Shown piece by piece: positions 8,223 to 18,835 of a stretch of DNA of 34,466 nt. The stretch is from a bacterium (GTDB taxonomy: Bacteria; Spirochaetota; Spirochaetia; Treponematales; Rectinemataceae), in assembly GCA_021286735.1 (NCBI GenBank), contig JAJTBU010000001.1:1-34466 (forward strand). Direction: 5' to 3'. The number at the start of each line of letters is the position of its first letter. Position 1 is the stretch's first letter. The position numbers and the translations under genes were made by a program. The notes under the pieces are model-generated. The model did not search any database. It was not told the DNA's origin and saw only the letters and a list, made by a program, of their open reading frames with translations.

Positions 8223-9020
8223 ATGAGAGTGATCATCCAGCAGCGCGACGACGATGTCGCGACATGGGCGGCGAAGCACCTGGCCGCCAGGATCGCCGGC
8301 GCGCCGAAGGGCAAGCCCTTCGTGCTCGGCCTGCCGACGGGCTCGACCCCGCTCGGCATGTATAGGAAGCTCATCGAGCTGCAAAAGGCTGGCGGGGTTT
8401 CCTTCAAGAACGTCGTCACCTTCAACATGGACGAGTACGTCGGCCTTCCCCGCGAACACGAGCAGAGCTACCACCGCTTCATGTGGGACAACTTCTTCTC
8501 GCACATCGATATCCCCGCGGGAAACGTCAACATCCTGAACGGGATGGCGCCCGACCTCGAGGCGGAGTGCGCCGCCTACGAGGAGAGGATCGCCCAGGCG
8601 GGCGGAATCGATCTTTTCGTGGGCGGGGTCGGCGCCGACGGCCACATCGCCTTCAACGAGCCGGGATCATCCCTGACCTCGCGCACGCGCATCAAGACCC
8701 TGACTCAGGACACCAAGAAGGACAACAGCCGCTTTTTCGGCGGCGACATCGCCAAGGTGCCGTCGACCGCGCTCACGGTCGGGGTGGGCACCGTCATGGC
8801 GGCGCGCGAGGTCATGATCCTCGTCACCGGCCAGGGCAAGGCGAGGGCCCTGCAGCACTGCGTCGAGGACGGGGTGAACCACATGTGGACTTTGAGCTGC
8901 CTCCAGCTCCACCCGAAGGCCCTCATCGTCTGCGACGAGGACGCGACCCTCGACCTCAAGGTCCGCACCGTCCGCTATTTCAAGGAGATCGAGGCGGCCA
9001 GTCTCGAGACGGGACTCTGA
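8223..9020 (+). CDS. nagB: Glucosamine-6-phosphate deaminase
   Basis: Motifs [21 protein letters not shown] and [26 protein letters not shown] lies upstream. Confidence 0.93.
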   Translation: MRVIIQQRDDDVATWAAKHLAARIAGAPKGKPFVLGLPTGSTPLGMYRKLIELQKAGGVSFKNVVTFNMDEYVGLPREHEQSYHRFMWDNFFSHIDIPAGNVNILNGMAPDLEAECAAYEERIAQAGGIDLFVGGVGADGHIAFNEPGSSLTSRTRIKTLTQDTKKDNSRFFGGDIAKVPSTALTVGVGTVMAAREVMILVTGQGKARALQHCVEDGVNHMWTLSCLQLHPKALIVCDEDATLDLKVRTVRYFKEIEAASLETGL

Positions 9021-9063
9021 GCGATATTCGGGGGCACCTCTGCCTTTTTGCTCCGCGTCCCCG

Positions 9064-9657
9064 CTAAAAACCGGCTTTTTTGAGCTTGGGGGCGATGACG
9101 ACGGCGCAGTAGCCATAGTTCGGATTGTTCCGGTAGAAGTCCTGGTGGTAGTCCTCCGCCGCCCAGAAATCGCCGGCCGGCTTGAGTTCGGTGACGATGG
9201 GGGAGGGCTGGCGCCCGGCTTCGCGCGCGATGGAGGCTTCTGCGGCGCGGCGCTGGGCTTCGCCGACGTAGTAGATCGCCGAGCGGTACTGGGTGCCGAC
9301 GTCCGCGCCTTGGCGGTTTTCAGTGGTGGGGTCGTGGATCTTCCAGAAATAATCGAGCAGCTCATCGTAGCCGACGACGGCGGGATCGAAGGCGATGGCG
9401 ACCGCCTCGGCGTGGCCAGTGGCGCCGGAGGACACTTCCTCGTAGCTGGGGCGGTTGGTCGCGCCGCCGGTGTAGCCCGAGATCACGCTCGAGACGCCGC
9501 GCACCCGCTCGAAGACGGCTTCCAGGCACCAGAAGCAGCCTCCCGCCAGAACGGCGTGCTCGAGGCCTTCGGAAGGAGCCAGGTCGAGGGGGGCGGCCCG
9601 ATCGGCGGCGCCTGCAGGCGCGGCGGTCCGGGCGACTGTGTCGCTTTTGTATTTCAT
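9064..9657 (-). CDS. msrA: Peptide-methionine (S)-S-oxide reductase
   Basis: GGCFWC active-site motif and an MsrA-like C-terminal region. About 30 aa of Ala-rich N-terminal extension. Confidence 0.9.
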   Translation of the reverse strand: MKYKSDTVARTAAPAGAADRAAPLDLAPSEGLEHAVLAGGCFWCLEAVFERVRGVSSVISGYTGGATNRPSYEEVSSGATGHAEAVAIAFDPAVVGYDELLDYFWKIHDPTTENRQGADVGTQYRSAIYYVGEAQRRAAEASIAREAGRQPSPIVTELKPAGDFWAAEDYHQDFYRNNPNYGYCAVVIAPKLKKAGF

Positions 9658-9663
9658 TACCCT

Positions 9664-9669
9664 AATATA
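9664..9669 (-). promoter_or_regulatory. -10-like TATATT 6 nt upstream of the msrA ATG (leaderless geometry)
   Basis: The minus strand reads ...TTATTATATTAGGGTA-ATG. There is no usable SD spacing. Confidence 0.3.
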
Positions 9670-9734
9670 ATAAAGTTCGCATCCGCCGTGTCGCCGGGAG
9701 GCGGTCGGGGGGCGACGCGTTTCCGCTTTTCCGG

Positions 9735-9740
9735 TATAGT
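9735..9740 (+). promoter_or_regulatory. -10-like TATAGT 6 nt upstream of the ettA ATG (leaderless geometry)
   Basis: Reads ...CCGGTATAGTAAAATC-ATG. There is no SD. Confidence 0.35.
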
Positions 9741-9746
9741 AAAATC

Positions 9747-11432
9747 ATGGCAACGACAACTGACGACAAGAAGATAATTTACTCGATGTATCGCGTCTCG
9801 AGGCGCCACGGCACGAAGCAGGTGCTCAAGGACATCAGCATTTCATATTATTACGGCGCCAAGATCGGCGTCATCGGCTTGAACGGCTCGGGCAAGTCGA
9901 GCCTCCTGCGCATCATGGCGGGCGTGGACACCGAGTTCGCCGGCGAAGTCTCCTGCTCGCCCGGCTATACGATCGGCTTCCTGGAGCAGGAGCCCCACCT
10001 CCAGGACGGCAAGACCGTCCGCGAAGTCGTCAGCGAGGGCGTGCAGGAGATCGTCGACGCGCTCGCCGAGTTCGACGCGGTGAACGAGGCTTTCGGCGAC
10101 CCCGACGCCGACTTCGACAAGCTCGCCACCAAGCAGGCGGCGCTCCAGGAGAAGCTGGACGCGATGGGCGCCTGGGACCTGGACTCGCGCCTGGATTTCG
10201 CCATGGAGGCCCTGCGCTGCCCGCCCTCCGACCAGCTCGTCGACCACCTCTCCGGAGGCGAGCGCCGCCGCGTGGCCCTGTGCCGCCTCCTCCTGCGGAA
10301 GCCCGACATCCTCCTCCTGGACGAGCCGACCAACCACCTGGACGCCGAGACGATAGCCTGGCTGGAGCGCCACCTGCGCGACTACCAGGGCACGGTCATC
10401 GCCGTGACGCACGACCGCTACTTCCTCGACAACGTCGCAGGCTGGATCCTCGAGCTGGACCGCGGCGAGGGTTTCCCCTGGAAGGGCAACTACTCGAGCT
10501 GGCTCGACCAGAAGAAGAAGCGGCTCGAGCAGGAGGAGAAGGGCGAGTCCGAACGCGCCCGCACCCTCGGCCGCGAGCTCGAGTGGATCGGCATGAGCGC
10601 CAAGGGGCGCCACGCCAAGAGCAAGGCCCGCATCGAGCGCTACGAGAAGCTCCTGGCCGACGAGGGCAAGGAGAAGATCCGCGAGGCGAAGATCGTGATA
10701 CCCGCCGGCCCCAGGCTCGGCAAGAGCGTCATCCGCGCGGACAAGCTCGCGAAGGGCTTCGACGACAAGCTCCTCTTCGACGACCTGAATTTCGAGGTGC
10801 CGCCCGGGGCGGTGGTCGGCATCGTCGGCCCGAACGGCGCCGGCAAGACCACCCTGCTCAACATCATCACCGGGCGCGAGAAGCCCGACTCGGGCGCGAT
10901 AACGTTGGGCGACACCGTCGTCCTCGCGTACGCGGACCAGATGCGCGCCTCGCTCGATCCCGAGAAGACCGTCTGGGAGCAGCTGTCGAACGGGCTGGAC
11001 CTGATCCTTCTCGGCGGCAAGCGCGAGATCAACTCGCGGGCCTACTGCTCGTGGTTCAATTTCTCGGGCCAGGACCAGCAGCGCAAGGTGGGCGTCCTCT
11101 CGGGCGGCGAGCGCAACAGGCTCAACCTGGCGATGATGGTAAAGGAGGGCGCCAACGTCCTCCTCCTCGACGAGCCGACCAACGACCTCGACGTCAACAC
11201 GATGCGCGCCCTCGAGGAGGCGCTCGACTCCTTCGCGGGAGTCGCCCTGGTGGTCAGCCACGACCGCTGGTTCCTCGACCGCGTCTGCACGCATATCCTG
11301 GCCTTCGAGGGCGACTCGAAGGCGACCTGGTTCGACGGCAACTGGACGGAGTACGCCGAGTGGCACCGCTCGCAGATCGGCGCCGACGCCGACAGGCCGC
11401 ACCGCATCGTCTACCGCAAGCTGGAGCGCTGA
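9747..11432 (+). CDS. ettA: ABC-F energy-dependent translational throttle protein EttA
   Basis: Two ABC cassettes: Walker A GLNGSGKSS and GPNGAGKTT, signatures LSGGERRR and LSGGERNR. No TM domain. EttA-like length and N-terminus. Confidence 0.92.
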   Translation: MATTTDDKKIIYSMYRVSRRHGTKQVLKDISISYYYGAKIGVIGLNGSGKSSLLRIMAGVDTEFAGEVSCSPGYTIGFLEQEPHLQDGKTVREVVSEGVQEIVDALAEFDAVNEAFGDPDADFDKLATKQAALQEKLDAMGAWDLDSRLDFAMEALRCPPSDQLVDHLSGGERRRVALCRLLLRKPDILLLDEPTNHLDAETIAWLERHLRDYQGTVIAVTHDRYFLDNVAGWILELDRGEGFPWKGNYSSWLDQKKKRLEQEEKGESERARTLGRELEWIGMSAKGRHAKSKARIERYEKLLADEGKEKIREAKIVIPAGPRLGKSVIRADKLAKGFDDKLLFDDLNFEVPPGAVVGIVGPNGAGKTTLLNIITGREKPDSGAITLGDTVVLAYADQMRASLDPEKTVWEQLSNGLDLILLGGKREINSRAYCSWFNFSGQDQQRKVGVLSGGERNRLNLAMMVKEGANVLLLDEPTNDLDVNTMRALEEALDSFAGVALVVSHDRWFLDRVCTHILAFEGDSKATWFDGNWTEYAEWHRSQIGADADRPHRIVYRKLER

Positions 11433-11437
11433 GGTCC

Positions 11438-12310
11438 ATGGATCCAAGGAAATCCAGGCAGGAGGCGGGCATCGCCGCCATGGCGGCCTGCGCCTTCTGC
11501 TGGAGCCTCGCGGGCCTCTTCATCAAGGCGGTCGACTGGCAGCCCTTCGCCATAGCCTGCGGGCGTAGCGCCGTGGCCGCGGTCTTCATCTTCGTGATGC
11601 TGAAAGGCAAGCCGAGGTTCGACTTTTCGGCGCCGCAGGTGCTGACGGCGGTTTCCTACGCGGCCACCATGCTGCTGTTCATCTTCGCGAACAAGCATAC
11701 GACGTCGGCCAACGCGATCCTGCTCCAGTACGGCGCGCCCATCTACGTGGCCTTCATGAGCGCCGCCCTTCTCAAGGAGCCCCCCAAGGGCGAGGACTGG
11801 TTCGCGTTGTGCGGCATATGCGTCGGCATGGTCCTCTTCTTCCTGGATTCGCTAGGGAAGGGGAACCTCGTCGGCGACCTCGCCGCGGTGGGATCGGGCC
11901 TGGCGTTCGCCGCCAACATCATGCTGCTACGCCGGCAGAAGGACGCGCGTCCCCTCGACTCGCTCCTGCTGGGGCACATTTTGACCGCGGCCATAGCCTT
12001 CGCGGTATCGCTCTTCATGCCGGCGCCCGTCTTCTCCGTCCGGGCGGTGTCCGCCATAATGGGGCTCGGCGTGGTCCAGATCGGCATGGCCGCGGTGCTG
12101 CTCTCCTTCGCGGTAAAGCGCATAACGGCGCTCCAGAGCGTCCTGATCGCGGTGATCGAGCCGCTCTGCAACCCGCTCTGGGTATTTTTGGCCACGGGGG
12201 AGGCTCCCGGCGCCCGCGCTCTGGCGGGCGGGGCCGTCATCCTCGTTTCCGTGCTGGCCTCGTCCATCGTCTCGGTGCGGCGCGCGGAACGCCCCGCCGC
12301 GCAAGCATAG
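11438..12310 (+). CDS. EamA/DMT-family transporter
   Basis: About 290 aa and polytopic (roughly 10 hydrophobic helices). The start is ATG 11438, 5 nt after the ettA stop. The upstream part of the 676-aa track ORF is off-frame read-through of ettA. Confidence 0.8.
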   Translation: MDPRKSRQEAGIAAMAACAFCWSLAGLFIKAVDWQPFAIACGRSAVAAVFIFVMLKGKPRFDFSAPQVLTAVSYAATMLLFIFANKHTTSANAILLQYGAPIYVAFMSAALLKEPPKGEDWFALCGICVGMVLFFLDSLGKGNLVGDLAAVGSGLAFAANIMLLRRQKDARPLDSLLLGHILTAAIAFAVSLFMPAPVFSVRAVSAIMGLGVVQIGMAAVLLSFAVKRITALQSVLIAVIEPLCNPLWVFLATGEAPGARALAGGAVILVSVLASSIVSVRRAERPAAQA

Positions 12311-12319
12311 GGGGAAACC

Positions 12320-12925
12320 ATGCCGCAGAACTTCCTTTCGGCGACGATCCTGCTCATCCTCATCACGGACCCGCTGGGGAACATCCCCCTCTTCATCGCC
12401 TCGCTGGCCCATGTCGACGCCTCGAGGCGCAGGAAGGTCATCCTCCGCGAGTGCGCGATCGCCTTCTTCACGCTGGTGATATTCCTCTTCTTCGGATCCG
12501 GGCTCCTCAGCGCGATAAAGCTCTCCGACGAGAGCCTGCGGATCGCGGGGGGCGTCATCCTCTTCCTCATCGCGATCAACATGGTATTTCCCGACTCGGG
12601 CGGCAAGCTCGTGGACGAGGAGAACGGCTCCGAGCCCTTCATCGTGCCGGTGGCGATACCGCTCATCGCGGGGCCGTCGGCGATGACCACCGTGATGCTC
12701 CTCTCCAGCACGCCGGGCCTGGGCAAGCTCGAGCTTGTGGGTTCGATACTCATCGCCATAACGATAACGACCATCGTGTTCTTCGCCTCGTCGAAGCTCG
12801 AGGTGTGGCTGGGCAAGCGCTTCCTCAGCGCCATCGAGAAACTGATGGGACTCGTGCTCACGGCGATCGCCGTGGATATGCTGCTCGGGGGAATCTCGAA
12901 CTACATCGCGACGCTCAGGGTCTGA
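12320..12925 (+). CDS. MarC-family (UPF0056) integral membrane protein
   Basis: N-terminal ITDPLGNIPLF motif; six-helix pattern. Confidence 0.8.
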   Translation: MPQNFLSATILLILITDPLGNIPLFIASLAHVDASRRRKVILRECAIAFFTLVIFLFFGSGLLSAIKLSDESLRIAGGVILFLIAINMVFPDSGGKLVDEENGSEPFIVPVAIPLIAGPSAMTTVMLLSSTPGLGKLELVGSILIAITITTIVFFASSKLEVWLGKRFLSAIEKLMGLVLTAIAVDMLLGGISNYIATLRV

Positions 12926-14000
12926 GCTCCACGCTCAGGCTGGCGCCGAGCTCGGCGAGGCGCGCGGCGACCTCGGCGGCCAGCGGCACCCCTTCGATAT
13001 CGCTCAACGCTTCAGCCTCGTGCTCCTTCTGGCCCGCGTAGTAGACGCGCCCGCGTCCATCGGCGGGCACCGCCGACGACAGCTCGTCGAGCAGCCTGTC
13101 CATGTCCGCCTTGAACTCGCCGGGATCGCGGAAGATGTCGATGCGCGCGGCGCCGAAGAAGTGGCACACGCGCGCCGAGGTGGCCTCGCTGTCCATCACG
13201 GCCTTTCCGAAAACGCCGCCCGAGGTGATCGCCGTCATTATGTCCACGAGCACTGCAAGACCGTAGCCCTTGTGGCCGCCCAGCGTCTCGCCCTCGCCGC
13301 CGAGGGGCAGGAGGCCGCCGCCGCGCTGGTAGAGCATGTCCTCGAGGAGACGTTGTGCGTCGCCGGTCGACGCCCCGCGCGCGTCCACCGCCCAGCCTGC
13401 GGGGAGGGGCTTCCCCTCGCGCTCGTAGACTTCTACCTTTCCCCTCGTGACGCAGGTTGTGGCCATGTCGAGCGTGAAGAGCCGTCCGCCTAGGGCGGGC
13501 GCGGACACGGCGATGGGATTGGTGCCGAACATCGCCTCGCGGCCGAAGGTCGGCACGCCGAGGGCTGCAGTGTTCGTCATGCAGACGCCGATCATGCCGC
13601 GGCGTGCGGCCAGCTCGGTGTACCAGCCGGCGATGCCGAAGTGGTTGGAATCGCGCACCGAGGCGAAGGCGACGCCCGAGGCTTCCGCCTTGGCGATCAC
13701 CCGCTCCATGGTTTTCTTGCTCAGGCTGAGTCCCATGGCGCCGCGCGCGTCCAATACGAGCGATACAGGCGTTTCGCGCAAGGTCGCCGGCTCGACGCCG
13801 CCCGCCATGATCCCCTTGCGGAGCCCGTTGGCGTAGCGCGGGAGGCGGGCGACGCCGTGGCTCGGAATGCCGCGCGCGTCAGCCGCCACGAGGATCTCGG
13901 CCGAATCGGCCGCCTCGCCGGGAGGCAGCCCGAGCTTTTCGAAAACAGCGGCGCAGAAAGCCACGAGGCTCGCGCGCCGGATCCTCACGATATCGCCCAT
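12915..14000 (-). CDS. Ldh_2-family (malate/L-lactate/ureidoglycolate-type) NAD(P)H oxidoreductase
   Basis: Motifs GIPSHGV, SNHFG and FGTNP. ATG 14000 is preceded by a GGAGG SD. It overlaps the marC-like 3' end by 11 bp. Confidence 0.8.
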   Translation of the reverse strand: MGDIVRIRRASLVAFCAAVFEKLGLPPGEAADSAEILVAADARGIPSHGVARLPRYANGLRKGIMAGGVEPATLRETPVSLVLDARGAMGLSLSKKTMERVIAKAEASGVAFASVRDSNHFGIAGWYTELAARRGMIGVCMTNTAALGVPTFGREAMFGTNPIAVSAPALGGRLFTLDMATTCVTRGKVEVYEREGKPLPAGWAVDARGASTGDAQRLLEDMLYQRGGGLLPLGGEGETLGGHKGYGLAVLVDIMTAITSGGVFGKAVMDSEATSARVCHFFGAARIDIFRDPGEFKADMDRLLDELSSAVPADGRGRVYYAGQKEHEAEALSDIEGVPLAAEVAARLAELGASLSVELRP

Positions 14001-14081
14001 CGTCGCCTCCCGCTCATGGCCTTCGCCCGCCCTGTCGGGGGCTCGCCCCATCGGGAGGGCCCCGTTCCCCGCAAGCCGCCC

Positions 14082-16082
14082 CTAGAGCGCGGCGAGGATC
14101 TTGTCGGCGAAAGCCTCGGCCGTGAAGCCGAGATGGGCCGCGACCTTGTCGCCGGGCCCCGACTCGCCGAAGCGCTCGATGGAGAGGATGTTTTCGGGTG
14201 ACGCGATGCGCTCCCAGCCCATGGCCACGCCTGCCTCCGCCACGAAGACCTTGGCCGGCGCGCCGAGAATGGCGTTCCTGACCGGGGCCGGCGCGGCGTA
14301 GAAAGCGCTCCTGTCCACGACTGACACGACATTGATCGCCAGCTCGGGGCGTTTGGCCGCGACGATCTCGGCGGCCTTCGCCGCGAGGGAGACTTCGGAG
14401 CCGGAGCCCGCGAGGGTGATGTCGGGGTCCTTGGCCGCGTTCTTCACGACGTAGGCGCCGACCTTCATGGTCGAGGCCCAGTCGGGATCGGCCTTGGCCA
14501 GGACGGGGAGGTTCTGGCGGCTCAGGAGGATGGCGGTCGGGCCCTCGGTCCGTTCCAGGGCCATCTTCCAGCAGGCTGCGGTCTCCTCGGCGTCGGCGGG
14601 GCGCAGCACCGAAAGCCCCGGAATGGCGCGCAGGGAGGCGAGGGTCTCGATCGGCTGGTGGGTCGGGCCGTCCTCGCCCACGAAGATCGAGTCGTGGGTG
14701 AGCACGTAGATCACCGGCAGCTTCATCAGGGCGGCGAGGCGCACCGAAGGCCTCAGGTAGTCCGCGAAGACGAGGAAGGTGGCGACGAAGGCCTTGAGCC
14801 CGCCGTAGAGGGCGAGGCCGTTCGCGATCGCGGCCATGCCGTGCTCGCGGACGCCGAAGCGGATGTAGCGGCCCGCGGGGTTGCCCGCCGTGAAGTCGAG
14901 AGGGAGCCCCGAGGGATTCGCGGGCAGCTGGGTGACGTTCGGGCTGGTGAGGTCGGCGGAGCCGCCGACGAGGTTCGGCCAGGCCTTGGAGACCGCGGCG
15001 AGGCACTTGCCCGAGGCGTTGCGGGTGGCGATCTTGTCGCCCTGGGCGAAGGCGGGCATCTCGAGGGCTGTGGTCGGCGCGCCGGAGAGGCGGGCGGCCA
15101 GCTCGGCGGCGAGCGCGGGGTTGGCCTTCCTCCACCGCGCGAAGGTCTCGTTCCAGGCCTTCCTGGTAGCCACGAGCGCCGCCTTGCGCGTGTCGAAGTA
15201 CGCATACGCCTCGGGAGCGACCCAGAAGCCCTGATCGGCCGGAATGCCGAGGTTGGCCTTGGTCTTGGCGATTTCCTCTTCGCCCAGGGCGGCGCCGTGG
15301 ACGCCGGCCGTGCCCTGCTTGTTGGGCGAGCCCATGCCGATGACGCTCTTTAGGATGATGAGGCTCGGCTTGCCCGTCTCGGCCTTGGCCCGGGCGGTCA
15401 GGGCGGCGAGGCCCTCGAAATCGTACATGTCGCCGCGCAGGACCTGCCAGCCATAGGCTTCGAAGCGCTTGCCGACATCCTCGGTGAAGGAGAGGTTCGT
15501 ACTGCCGTCGATCGTGATGGAATTGGAATCATAGTAGGCGATGAGCTTGCCCAGCCCGAGGTGGCCGGCGAGGGAGCAGGCCTCGGACGCGACGCCCTCC
15601 TGGAGGCAGCCGTCGCCCACCAGAACGTAGGTGTAATGGTCGAGGATGGCGTCTTCCGCGGTGTTGAAGGCGGCGGCCGACATGCGCTCGCCGATGGCCA
15701 GGCCGACGGCGGTGGCGATGCCCTGGCCCAGGGGGCCGGTCGTCGTCTCGACGCCGGGGGTGACGCCGTACTCGGGGTGGCCCGGGCACTTCGAGCCGAT
15801 CTGGCGGAAAGTCTTTATGTCGTCGAGGCTGAGGTCGAATCCGGCCATGTGGAGGATCGAATAGAGGAGCATCGAGCCGTGCCCCGCCGACAGGACGAAG
15901 CGGTCGCGGTTGATCCAGGAGGGATCGGAGGCGTCGTACTTCATTTCGGCGCCGTAGAGGTAGGCGGCCAGCTCCGCGGCGCCCATGGGGAGGCCGGGAT
16001 GGCCGGAATTGGCTTTCTGGATGGCATCGATGGTCAGGCTCCTGACCGAGAGAGCGATCTTCTCGAGGGATCGTAGATCCAT
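14082..16082 (-). CDS. tkt: Transketolase
   Basis: Motifs [17 protein letters not shown] (the ThDP motif) and [15 protein letters not shown]. An AAGGAG SD lies 7 nt upstream. Confidence 0.95.
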   Translation of the reverse strand: MDLRSLEKIALSVRSLTIDAIQKANSGHPGLPMGAAELAAYLYGAEMKYDASDPSWINRDRFVLSAGHGSMLLYSILHMAGFDLSLDDIKTFRQIGSKCPGHPEYGVTPGVETTTGPLGQGIATAVGLAIGERMSAAAFNTAEDAILDHYTYVLVGDGCLQEGVASEACSLAGHLGLGKLIAYYDSNSITIDGSTNLSFTEDVGKRFEAYGWQVLRGDMYDFEGLAALTARAKAETGKPSLIILKSVIGMGSPNKQGTAGVHGAALGEEEIAKTKANLGIPADQGFWVAPEAYAYFDTRKAALVATRKAWNETFARWRKANPALAAELAARLSGAPTTALEMPAFAQGDKIATRNASGKCLAAVSKAWPNLVGGSADLTSPNVTQLPANPSGLPLDFTAGNPAGRYIRFGVREHGMAAIANGLALYGGLKAFVATFLVFADYLRPSVRLAALMKLPVIYVLTHDSIFVGEDGPTHQPIETLASLRAIPGLSVLRPADAEETAACWKMALERTEGPTAILLSRQNLPVLAKADPDWASTMKVGAYVVKNAAKDPDITLAGSGSEVSLAAKAAEIVAAKRPELAINVVSVVDRSAFYAAPAPVRNAILGAPAKVFVAEAGVAMGWERIASPENILSIERFGESGPGDKVAAHLGFTAEAFADKILAAL

Positions 16083-16206
16083 TCTGCAGCTCCTTGAACG
16101 TGTTATAGCCTTATAATAGCGTTATTCGCCTTTTTTGCCACCGGGTGACCCCGGCGCCGAAGCGCAGTCTTCGGCATCCCCGCGCGACCCCGGACGGCGC
16201 GAAGCC

Positions 16207-18153
16207 TCATCCTATGCCGTAGGAGGTGGCGGCTTTCTCCCTCACGGCGGCGGCGAGCGCCGCCGAAATGCCTCCGGCTGAGGCGATCGCCGAGATTTCC
16301 GCGGCCGCGATCGCCGACAGCGAGCCGAAATGCTTCATCAGCTTCTTGGCCCGCGCCTCGCCGATGCCCTCCACCGAGGTGAGGGCGGCGAAGCGGAGGT
16401 CTTTGGTCCGCAGTTTTTTCGACAGGCCTGTGGCGAAGCGGTGGGTCTCGTCACGGATCGCGACGAGGACGCGCAGGGCGGGCGAATCCTTGGGCAGGAT
16501 CACGGGTTCGAGGCGGTCCGGCAGGTAGATTTCCTCGTTCTTCTTGGCCAGGCCCGCCAGGTCGCAGTCGAGCCCCAGCGAGTCGAGGATCTCCTTGGCC
16601 GCCGACACCTGGCCCGCGCCGCCGTCGATCAGGACGAGGTCGGGCAGCTCGGCCTCCTCGTTGACGAGGCGGGTGTAGCGCCGGGCCACCGCCTCGCGCA
16701 CCGAGGCGAAATCGTCGATGGCGCCGCCCAGGCTCTTGATGCGGAAGTAGCGGTAGTTCTTCTTGTCGGGCACGCCGTTCCGGAAGCTGATCAGCGAGGC
16801 GACCGTGTTCTTGCCCGCTAGGTGGGCGATGTCGAAGCCCTCGATGCGCACGGGTAGGGAGGCGAGGCCGAGCGCGGCCTTCAGCTCGACCAGGGCCGAG
16901 CGGTCGCCTATCTCCCGGCGCCGCTTGACGAGCTCCTCCCTGGCGTTTTCGGCCGCGAGGTTGATCGAGGCCGCGTGCCGCGGCTCCTTGGGCGTCAGGA
17001 AGCGCGTCTTGACGCCCAGGCGCTTCTTGAAGAACTCGGCCACGGGCTTGGTCCCCGCGGCCTTCATGACATAGACGGCGGGCGGCGGGAGCCGCTCGGG
17101 GCCGTAATAGCTGGTCAGGAAGGTTTGGACGGCCTCCTCCTCGGTGGAATAGAGGGCCGTCACGAAGCTGTCGCGGCCTTTGAGCCGCCCCTCGCGCATC
17201 GTGAAGACCACGAAGGAGGCGAGGTCGCCGTCGCAGCGCCAGGAGATGTAGTCGCGCGCGGCGGGGTCGAGGTCCTGGACGTTGCTCCTGCCCACGAACT
17301 GTTCCACCGCCTTGATCGCGTCGCGCAGGGAGGCGGCCTCCTCGAAGCGGAACTCGGCCGAAGCCTGTCCCATGCGGCGGCGCAGGTCCTCCAGGAGGCC
17401 CGCCGTCTGCCCGGAGAGGAGGGAGCGTATCTGCCCGACGCGCTCCAGGTACGCCTCGCGAGTGATCTTGCCCGCGCAGGGGCCGGGGCAGCGCCCGATG
17501 TGGTAGTACATGCAGGGGCTCTCGCGCTTGCGCATGACGACGCAGCGCCTCAGGGGGAAGAGGCGCTTGATGAGCTCGAGGTAGGTGTCGATCGTGTCGG
17601 CGCTGGGGAAGGGGCCGAAATATTCCGAGCCGTCGGCGATGATGCGGCGCGTGCGGAAGACGCGCGGGAATTCCTCGGCGGTGATGCGGATCGAGGGATA
17701 GGTCTTGCCGTCCTTGAGGTTGATGTTGTACTTGGGGCTGTGCTCCTTGATGAGGTTGTTCTCGATCAGGAGGGCGTCGTACTCCGAGCCCGCCAGGGTC
17801 CACTCGATGGACTCGACCTTGGAGACGAGGTGGCGCGTCTTCACTTCCTTCTTTCCGGAGAAATAGGAGAGGAGGCGGTTGCGCAGCACTTTGGCCTTGC
17901 CGACGTAGATGATGGCGCCGCCCGAGTCGCGCATGATGTAGACGCCGGGCGATTCGGGGGCCTGCCTGACATAGGCGCGGAACTTGGCGCCGCGCTCGGC
18001 CTGGGGCGAGAGGCGGCGCTTCGGGGCCGCCGGGACCGCCGGGGCCGCGGAGGCAGGCCGCGCGCCCGCCGCCGGCGACTTCGCCGCGGCCGCGTCGGGG
18101 CCATTCCCGGCGGGCGCTTCGCCGCCGGGTATCTCGTTTTTCTGTTCCTTCAT
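16207..18153 (-). CDS. uvrC: Excinuclease ABC subunit C
   Basis: GIY-YIG motif (GVYIMRD...IIYVGKAKVLRNRLLSY), a central UvrBC-interaction region, and a C-terminal HhH. It has a ~55-aa Ala/Pro-rich N-terminal extension. Confidence 0.93.
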   Translation of the reverse strand: MKEQKNEIPGGEAPAGNGPDAAAAKSPAAGARPASAAPAVPAAPKRRLSPQAERGAKFRAYVRQAPESPGVYIMRDSGGAIIYVGKAKVLRNRLLSYFSGKKEVKTRHLVSKVESIEWTLAGSEYDALLIENNLIKEHSPKYNINLKDGKTYPSIRITAEEFPRVFRTRRIIADGSEYFGPFPSADTIDTYLELIKRLFPLRRCVVMRKRESPCMYYHIGRCPGPCAGKITREAYLERVGQIRSLLSGQTAGLLEDLRRRMGQASAEFRFEEAASLRDAIKAVEQFVGRSNVQDLDPAARDYISWRCDGDLASFVVFTMREGRLKGRDSFVTALYSTEEEAVQTFLTSYYGPERLPPPAVYVMKAAGTKPVAEFFKKRLGVKTRFLTPKEPRHAASINLAAENAREELVKRRREIGDRSALVELKAALGLASLPVRIEGFDIAHLAGKNTVASLISFRNGVPDKKNYRYFRIKSLGGAIDDFASVREAVARRYTRLVNEEAELPDLVLIDGGAGQVSAAKEILDSLGLDCDLAGLAKKNEEIYLPDRLEPVILPKDSPALRVLVAIRDETHRFATGLSKKLRTKDLRFAALTSVEGIGEARAKKLMKHFGSLSAIAAAEISAIASAGGISAALAAAVREKAATSYGIG

Positions 18154-18214
18154 ACTCTATACTAATAGTACGTAACTTCGGGCCGCCGGGAAAGCGGCCG
18201 GGAAGAGAGGATCC

Positions 18215-18790
18215 ATGGCATCGGCGGATGAGGCGGGCGGCGAAGCGGGCGCGGGGTCATTCTTCAGGTATTGTCCCTCCTGCGCCAGCCCCGCCCTGGA
18301 GTTCGAGAACGGGCGGCGCTGGGCCTGCCCGGACTGCGGCTTCGTCTATTACCACAACGTCGCGGCTTCCGCTGCCGTTGTCCTCGACCTGGGCGGCTCG
18401 ATCGTCCTGCTGCGGCGGGCCAAGGAGCCGCGGCGCGGGCGCTGGGCCCTGCCCGGCGGCTTCGTCGATCCGGGCGAGGGCGCCCTGGAATGCGCGCTGC
18501 GCGAGTGCGCGGAGGAAATAGGCTGGGCTCCGGCGCGGCTTGATTTCCTCGCCTCTTTCCCCAATAGTTATCGGTATCGGGATGTTCCCTACGCGACTTG
18601 CGACCTGTATTTTTGCGCCCGGCTCCCGTCGGCCGAGGGAGTGCGCCTGGCCGCCGATCCGGCGGAGGCCTCCGAGATCGCCCTCTTGCCATACGGAGCC
18701 ATTCCGTGGGATGACATCGCCTTCCCGCCTGCCGCGATGGCGCTCAGAGCCTATCTGCGCGGCCGCGGCGTGGGGATCCCCGAGCGCTGA
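18215..18790 (+). CDS. NUDIX hydrolase with an N-terminal C4 zinc ribbon
   Basis: Zinc ribbon CPSC...CPDC. Nudix box GGFVDPGEGALECALRECAEEIGW. A GAGAGGA SD lies upstream. Confidence 0.8.
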   Translation: MASADEAGGEAGAGSFFRYCPSCASPALEFENGRRWACPDCGFVYYHNVAASAAVVLDLGGSIVLLRRAKEPRRGRWALPGGFVDPGEGALECALRECAEEIGWAPARLDFLASFPNSYRYRDVPYATCDLYFCARLPSAEGVRLAADPAEASEIALLPYGAIPWDDIAFPPAAMALRAYLRGRGVGIPER

Positions 18791-18835
18791 CATCCGCCGG
18801 CCGCGAACCGGCATTCCTGCCCTGGAGGGTATACC

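Noticed and set aside
9033-9049. A small hairpin GGCA-CCTC-TGCC followed by TTTTT after nagB, considered as an intrinsic terminator.
   Set aside because: The stem is only 4 bp (5 with a G-U pair), which is too weak to call. It is noted only because of the T5 tract.
10280-11437. The upstream two-thirds of the 676-aa track ORF that ends as the EamA transporter.
   Set aside because: This part is an off-frame read-through of ettA (Arg/Pro-rich). The real transporter starts at ATG 11438, just after the ettA stop.
16141-16175. Two hairpins downstream of uvrC: CCGGG-TGAC-CCCGG and GCCGAAG-CGCAGT-CTTCGGC.
   Set aside because: On the uvrC (minus) strand neither hairpin is followed by a U tract. The T6 run lies on the wrong side. 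I could not support a terminator call.
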